Origin: Haliotis rufescens
Lineage: Eukaryota
Direction: 5' to 3'
Length of the DNA stretch: 64,000 bases
Assembly: GCF_023055435.1 (NCBI RefSeq)
Contig: NW_025964334.1
Location: forward strand, 46,190,001-46,254,000
A model generated the notes under the pieces. It did no database searches. It saw nothing but the letters and a program-made list of their open reading frames with translations, and had not been told where the DNA came from. Shown here piece by piece: positions 56,868 through 64,000 of the stretch (the first letter of the stretch is position 1; each line of letters opens with the position of its first letter). Made by a program: the position numbers and the translations under genes.

Positions 56868-59800
56868 CTGCTCTTGAGGGAATGTGCAGTGGATATCTGA
56901 ATCTCGGTACTGAGCAAAGGCTGAACAGAACTCGTGAAGCCTTCTCTGGCAGACGAGCTGTGTGTTTCAACTTGAGGGAGTGGCGAGATGTGAGTGATGT
57001 TATTGATGGGATATTCTAGGGGATCACTGTAGGTCTCGACTGCATCATCAGTAGATGGCTTTGTGTATGAGGCCGACTTTCCCTGCCACTCTAGGGGCTG
57101 TGTATAGGTTGTCACACCTCCACACGGTGGCCGTGTGTAGCTGCACAGTGTGTCCTCTGTGATGAAGGTCTGGCTGCAGGCTCGGTCCTCTGTAGACACA
57201 GGAAGCGTGAAGGTGATTGGAGTTTCTTCAGCACTGGCTAGGGGCTGGGAGAAGGTGATGAGAGGTGTGATAGTGTGCCACCAGGAGGACACCGCGCTGC
57301 CCACAGCCTTCATGGACACACTGCTCAGTGACCGCCACAGGGACTCAACCTGTCAACACAAACAATAGAGTTACAGAGTACCTCTGATAAAGAAACTTGT
57401 GGGTATCTGTGAGGTTAATGGTCACACTAGGAGAAACATAAAGGTCGACATGGCAGCATGAAGCTGTGTATTTTAGTTTTTATTTTATTTTGCAGATGGC
57501 AGCAAGTTTGGCCAGAAAATGTTGGAGAGAATGGGTTGGTCAAAGGGAAAGGGCCTGGGAGCTAATGAAGATGGCAGAGTTGAAAATGTGAAAGTCAGCT
57601 TTAAAAATGACCAGAAGGGTATGTGAAAATGATTGATGTAAACATCTGAATATTAGCATGGTAAAAGTAATCATGGTAAAAAAAAATCATAAAATGGGTT
57701 GTGAAGCCCCCCCCCCCCCCCAACCGTGATATTGCTGGAATATTTCTAAGAGCAACATAACAACCTAACTCACTCACTTATAAAATGAGCTTTGTTTGCT
57801 TTGCGAGTTCAGTTGAGGTTTTTCGACATTGCATCAGCAATTGTTTAGCTTTTTTCTAGTGATAATGCAATATAAGTTGTAGTAGGATCACGAGGAGTAA
57901 ATTAGGTTTTATGCATCCAACGTTAGGTTTTATACCACGAGCCGGAGGGATGCAATTCCATATTGATAGAAAACAGCTTGATTGCGGTGTCGAGGCTACA
58001 TCACGTGACTTTCGTTATCCCGGAAAAAGCATGCAGTTTTTTGCTAGTGGGGTTTAAGGGAGTTGCGTCCCTTGGGCACGCCAGAAACCTACGATTGTGG
58101 ATTCGAATCCTGGTTCACCCCGATTATGTTTCTAGGTTTGTCCGCACCATACCCGTACTCGTGGGTTTCACCGAAGTGGTAAACATCAGAGACATGCATC
58201 ACTTCGGGCTTTCCTCCCTCATTAAGCTGACACGCTGCGATATAACTGGAATAATGTTAAAAGCGTCGTTAAACCCAACTCACTCACTCTCACGCTCAGA
58301 CATTTATTCCCCTTACAGGTGGGATACATCATAATTTATCAAGATCACATGAACCAATCAGATCTTGACATTCTGACATTGAGGAATGGTAATAGACATT
58401 GGGGCTACAGTGCTTGGGTCTTTGTTTGTGTTGCAGGAGTTGGGGCTACCAAGAACCAGGCAGATAACTGGATAGCTCACCAGGATGACTTCAACAGCTT
58501 GCTAGAAACACTGAATGAGGGTCACGGAGGAGGGGAGGTCGACTCCCCCACCACTCACCAGGTGGCCAACCTGGAGAAGAAGTCCCAGTCGTCACGAAGC
58601 AGAGTGCAGTATGTAATCAGGGTATCTCCAGCACCCTTCTGGGTGCTTCTGTTAGGGATCACTCAGATGCAGCGATATTGTTGTACTTCAGACTGACTCC
58701 TGACACAAGTGGATGAATGTCTCATGGTTTGAATTTAATATGTAACAGTTAATACAACCTTGTTTTTGAGACAAAAATTAAAAAGCTGCTCAGCTTATTT
58801 CTTTCTCCCCATCTCTATCTCTCTTTTTTCTCCCTCTCCCCCTCCTCCAATCCTTATATTTTATTATTTTAAGGGTAACGGATCTGTAAGCAATGTCTGC
58901 TACTCATGTTTTTGATGTTAGGATGTTGGTACAGGGTTGTCATGAATATACTTTGCAGTTATGGCAAGTTCACTAAAGGCAAAGACTTATCTTCAAGATC
59001 ACATGAAGATCTCAAATGTATATTTGGTAAACGGGCAGTCAAACCTACCTCTGGAAAGGACTCTCCAGCACTGGAATCAGCAGTGAGTTACTACCAATGC
59101 ATAAAACACTTGTTACACAAACAAGTTACATAGAATATGGAAACACGCTCTGTTGGCCTGTCTGACAGGCTTTATGTTCTGAGTATGAGAAAGCATTTAA
59201 TATTTCTTCAGGAATCTTTGTGAACTCCAAGCATTTGCCAAGTGGTGAAGTCACGCCATTTGCAATTTGGTATGTTTCACATTTTCATTCACATTATTAG
59301 GAGAACAAGTTGAACCAAAGACGTCATAAACTTGATTTACATGAAAACAACTTTGACTTGAAATTGAGAGGGGATAATGTGTTATGATTTTTAGCAGAAC
59401 TAAAAAATATTTAATGCTAAGTATCCCAATGTTATGTGTTTTCGGACGCTTAAGAAACATTCATATGTTTCTTGCTAATCACAAGTACAGCTGTAAAACA
59501 TCTCACTCACTTATCACAGACAACTTTATCTTAAAAAACAGGCCATCATCTGAACATTATGGTTATTGCGCGAATAATCGCGATAAACATGGCCATCCGA
59601 AAACCTATGATCCGATGATGGTAATGCCTTATTAACTTTGAGATTAGTGCATAAAATACTTCATGTGTATGCTGTCTGAAGATGAGATGACTATATTTAG
59701 TAAATTCATCAACACTCACAGTAGGTGTGGTGGAGGAAATCATGATTTCTTATCAGTCATGTTTTTCAATGGAAATTCATGTACTAATGATTATGATTAA

Positions 59801-60486
59801 AAAAACTTTTAGACTTAGTGGTCTTACAGTAAGTGAATACTATCGATCTTTTGTAGGAATCCTCAGGGTCCGAAGACTCCAAGGCTGACACGTCACATGG
59901 CTTCAATACCATAAATAGCACCTCTACCATGCAAGAATACTTTGCTAAAAAGATGGCTGCCCTGAAGGGTCAGAGGTCATCACCATCAAGGGAAAATAAC
60001 TCTGTACTAGTATCAGATAATATAGAACAGCCATCAGATAATATAGAACAGCCATCAGAGTCAGCAGCTGACACTCACAGTAGGAAGAAAAATAAGAAAA
60101 AGTCAAAACGAAAAAATAAGGACATAGAAGAAACTGAGAAAAATAATACAGACATGCATATAGAACCAGATAATATAGGCAGTTGTGACGTTGAGCCTCA
60201 GAAGAAGAAAAGTAAAAAGTGTAAAAGGAAACACTCAGAGACTGCAGACTTGGCTGGTGATGAGGAGCAAGTTGTGGACAACACAGATGGTGGTGAGGAG
60301 GAGCAAACACAGAAGAAGAAGGCCAAGAAGAGGAAAAGGGAGGACGAAGAGAATGAGAAAGAAGTAAAGGAACAGGTGACTCAGAAAAGCAAGAAGAAGA
60401 AGAAGAAAAAGAAGAAGTCAGCAGCTAGGCAAGTTGAAGGTGAAATTTGTAGTTATGGAGGTGGTATTGTGTTGCCAAGTGTGTGA
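54203..60486 (+). CDS. PINX1: PIN2/TERF1-interacting telomerase inhibitor 1 (G-patch protein); 3' end uncertain
   Basis: Exons 54203-54275, 57496-57618, 58437-58608, 58959-59082 and 59857-60486 (or spliced earlier at a possible donor near 60439). MAMLAEPRRKQK...WSND, G-patch FGQKMLERMGWSKGKGLG, NWIAHQDDFNSLL, SRSRVHYGKFTKGKDLS, MQEYFAKKM, Lys/Glu-rich tail. Confidence 0.92.
55763..57349 (-). CDS. Orphan antisense exon (529 codons, Ser/Thr/Pro/Gln-rich, poly-Asp) nested in PINX1 intron 1; product unknown
   Basis: Stop-free 1587 nt bounded by a ttgacag acceptor (ending 57350) and an AAG|GTAAG donor (55762), phase 0-0; in-frame ATG at 57313. No recognisable domain. Possible terminal exon 55245-55114. 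Confidence 0.55.
56832..56866. repeat. (TCA)n microsatellite encoding poly-Asp in the nested antisense ORF
   Basis: tcatcatca... about 11 units; protein RDDDDDDDDDDDDF. Confidence 0.9.
57697..57778 (+). mobile_element. 5'-truncated copy of the (TCAC)n-tailed SINE
   Basis: ccgtgatattgctggaatatttctaa...aactcactcact, flanked by ataaaatg on both sides. Confidence 0.6.
58045..58290 (+). mobile_element. tRNA-headed SINE-like element with (TCAC)n tail
   Basis: B-box-like ggattcgaatcc; 3' end gctgcgatataactggaataatgttaaaagcgtcgttaaacccaactcactcactc, similar to the 9493 SINE. Confidence 0.5.
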
Positions 60487-60519
60487 ATGAAACATTCACT
60501 TCCTCACCAATCTTGTGGC

Positions 60520-63500
60520 CAGTCCGCCACCCATCTAGTGTTGTCCCCCGCCTATCTAGTGTTGTCCCCCACCTAGCTTGTTGTCAGTCCCCCGCCCATC
60601 TAGTGTTGTCCCCCACCCATCTAGTGTTGTCCCCCACCTATCTAGTGTTGTCCGCCACCCATCTAGTGTTGTCCCCCACCCATCTAGTGTTGTCCCCCAC
60701 CTAGCTTGTTGTCAGTCCCCCGCCTATCTAGTGTTGTCCCCCACCCATCTAGTGTTGTCCCCCACCTAGCTTGTTGTCAGTCCCCCGCCCATCTAGTGTT
60801 GTCCCCCACCCATCTAGTGTTGTCCCCCACCTAGCTTGTTGTCAGTCCCCCGCCCATCTAGTGTTGTCCCCCACCCATCTAGTGTTGTCCCCCACCTAGC
60901 TTGTTGTCAGTCCCCCACCCATCTAGTGTTGTCCCCCACCCATCTAGTGTTGTCCGCCACCCATCTAGTGTTGTCCCCCACCTAGCTTGTTGTCAGTCCC
61001 CCGCCCATCTAGTGTTGTCCCCCACCTAGCTTGTTGTCAGTCCCCCGCCTATCTAGTGTTGTCCCCCACCTAGCTTGTTGTCAGTCCCCCGCCTATCTAG
61101 TGTTGTCCCCCGCCCATCTAGTGTTGTCCCCCACCCATCTAGTGTTGTCCCCCACCTATCTAGTGTTGTCCGCCACCCATCTAGTGTTGTCCCCCACCCA
61201 TCTAGTGTTGTCCCCCACCTAGCTTGTTGTCAGTCCCCCGCCTATCTAGTGTTGTCCCCCACCCATCTAGTGTTGTCCCCCACCCATCTAGTGTTGTCCC
61301 CCACCCATCTAGTGTTGTCCCCCACCCATCTAGTGTTGTCCCCCACCTAGCTTGTTGTCAGTCCCCCGCCTATCTAGTGTTGTCCCCCACCCATCTAGTG
61401 TTGTCCCCCACCTAGCTTGTTGTCAGTCCCCCACCCATCTAGTGTTGTCCCCCACCCATCTAGTGTTGTCCCCCACCTAGCTTGTTGTCAGTCCCCCACC
61501 CATCTAGTGTTGTCCCCCACCTAGCTTGTTGTCAGTCCCCCACCCATCTAGTGTTGTCCCCCACCTAGCTTGTGGTCAGTCCCCCACCCATCTAGTGTTG
61601 TCCCCCACCTAGCTTGTGGTCAGTCCCCCGCCCATCTAGTGTTGTCCCCCACCTAGCTTGTGGTCAGTCCCCCACCCATCTAGTGTTGTCCCCCACCTAG
61701 CTTGTGGTCAGTCCCCCACCCATCTAGTGTTGTCCCCCACCTAGCTTGTTGTCAGTCCCCCACCCATCTAGTGTTGTCCCCCACCTAGCTTGTTGTCAGT
61801 CCCCCACCCATCTAGTGTTGTCCCCCACCTAGCTTGTTGTCAGTCCCCCGCCCATCTAGTGTTGTCCCCCACCTAGCTTGTTGTCAGTCCCCCGCCCATC
61901 TAGTGTTGTCCCCCACCTAGCTTGTTGTCAGTCCCCCACCCATCTAGTGTTGTCCCCCACCTAGCTTGTGGTCAGTCCCCCGCCTATCTAGTGTTGTCCC
62001 CCACCTAGCTTGTTGTCAGTCCCCCACCCATCTAGTGTTGTCCCCCACCTTGTTGTCCCCCACCTAGCTTGTTGTCAGTCCCCCGCCCATCTAGTGTTGT
62101 CCCCCACCCATCTAGTGTTGTCCCCCACCTAGCTTGTTGTCAGTCCCCCACCCATCTAGTGTTGTCCCCCACCCATCTAGTGTTGTCCCCCACCTAGCTT
62201 GTTGTCAGTCCCCCACCCATCTAGTGTTGTCCCCCGCCTAGCTTGTTGTCAGTCCCCCGCCCATCTAGTGTTGTCCCCCGCCTAGCTTGTTGTCAGTCCC
62301 CCACCCATCTAGTGTTGTCCCCCACCTAGCTTGTGGTCAGTCCCCCACCCATCTAGTGTCGTCCCCCACCCAGCTAGTGTTGTCCCCCACCTAGCTTGTG
62401 GTCAGTCCCCCGCCTATCTAGTGTTGTCCCCCACCTAGCTTGTGGTCAGTCCCCCACCCATCTAGTGTTGTCCCCCACCTAGCTTGTTGTCAGTCCCCCA
62501 CCCATCTAGTGTTGTCCCCCACCCATCTAGTGGCCACAGTCGTCCCCCGCCCATCTAGTGTTGTCCCCCACCTAGCTTGTTGTCAGTCCCCCACCCATCT
62601 AGTGTTGTCCCCCACCCATCTAGTGGCCACAGTCGTCCCCCGCCCATCTAGTGTTGTCCCCCACCCATCTAGTGTTGTCCCCCACCTAGCTTGTTGTCAG
62701 TCCCCCACCCATCTAGTGTTGTCCCCCACCTAGCTTGTGGTCAGTCCCCCGCCCATCTAGTGTTGTCCCCCACCCATCTAGTGGCCACAGTCGTCCCCCG
62801 CCCATCTAGTGTTGTCCCCCACCCATCTAGTGTTGTCCCCCACCTAGCTTGTTGTCAGTCCCCCACCCATCTAGTGTTGTCCCCCACCTAGCTTGTGGTC
62901 AGTCCCCCGCCCATCTAGTGTTGTCCCCCACCCATCTAGTGGCCACAGTCGTCCCCCGCCCATCTAGTGTTGTCCCCCACCTAGCTTGTTGTCAGTCCCC
63001 CACCCATCTAGTGTTGTCCCCCACCTAGCTTGTGGTCAGGCCCCCGCCCATCTAGTGTTGTCCCCCACCCATCTAGTGGCCACAGTCGTCCCCCGCCCAT
63101 CTAGTGTTGTCCCCCACCTAGCTTGTTGTCAGTCCCCCGCCCATCTTGTGTCCCCCACCTAGCTTGTTGTCAGTCCCCCGCCCATCTAGTGTTGTCCCTC
63201 ACCTAGCTTGTGGTCACTCCCCCGCCTATCTAGTGTTGTCCCCCACCTAGCTTGTTGTCAGTCCCCCACCCATCTAGTGTTGTCCCCAACCTATCTTGTG
63301 GTCAGTCCCCCGCCTATCTAGTGTTGTCCCCCACCTAGCTTGTGGTCAGTCCCCCGCCCATCTAGTGTTGTCCCCCACCTAGCTTGTTGTCAGTCCCCCA
63401 CCCATCTAGTGTTGTCCCCAACCTATCTTGTGGTCAGTCCCCCACCCATCTAGTGGTCCCCAACCTATCTAGTGTTGTCCCCTACCCATCTAGTGGCCAC

Positions 63501-64000
63501 AGACGTCCCCCGCCCATCTAGTGTTGTCCCCCACCTAGCTTGTGGTCAGTCCCCCGCCCATCTAGTGTTGTCCCCCACCTAGCTTGTGGTCAGTCCCCCA
63601 CCCATCTAGTGTTGTCCCCCACCCATCTAGTGGCCACAGTCGTCCCCCGCCCATCTAGTGTTGTCCCCCACCTAGCTTGTGGTCAGTCCCCCACCCATCT
63701 AGTGTTGTCCCCCGCCTAGCTTGTGGTCAGTCCCCCACCCATCTAGTGTTGTCCCCCACCTAGCTTGTGGTCAGTCCCCCACCCATCTAGTGTTGTCCCC
63801 GGCCTATCTAGTGTTGTCCCCCGCCCATCTAGTGTTGTCCCCCACCCATCTAGTGGCCACAGTCGTCCCCCGCCCATCTAGTGTTGTCCCCCACCTAGCT
63901 TGTTGTCAGTCCCCCACCCATCTAGTGTTGTCCCCCACCTAGCTTGTGGTCAGTCCCCCGCCCATCTAGTGTTGTCCCCCACCCATCTAGTGGCCACAGT
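60520..64000. repeat. Composite C-rich minisatellite (21-bp and 23-bp subunits, 44-bp higher order, later a 28-bp variant), running past the window end
   Basis: catctagtgttgtcccccacc and tagcttg(t/g)tgtcagtcccccacc; catctagtggccacagtcgtcccccgcc appears from ~62525. Confidence 0.97.

Noticed and set aside
57880-57970. Possible fifth GA-hairpin element
   Set aside because: Only short degenerate arms are visible and the boundaries cannot be supported.

Overview
Intron-rich animal genomic DNA. It is most likely a mollusc such as a gastropod or abalone-like species, an inference from gene structure and repeat types only. Six spliced protein-coding genes form three head-to-head pairs: (1) a ~1843-aa minus-strand gene fusing 13 matrin/U1-type (JAZ/ZNF346-like) C2H2 zinc fingers to a RIG-I/Dicer-family DExH helicase, with no CARDs and no RLR C-terminal domain, paired with LRRC72; (2) TADA3 with PIGV; (3) PLK1 with PINX1. 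An orphan 529-codon antisense exon lies inside PINX1 intron 1. Introns and intergenic DNA carry a decayed LINE with a pearl/HINE-like insertion, SINEs, MITEs, mariner and Penelope remnants, four elements with long hairpins containing G.A mismatches, and five large minisatellites. The strongest candidate for an undescribed system is the multi-zinc-finger RLR-like helicase. It has kappaB, CRE and GAS motifs upstream, and its last intron holds a ~3.1 kb minisatellite made of tandem copies of the gene's own 3' splice site. All exon boundaries were read by hand from GT-AG signals and codon phase, not from transcript data.
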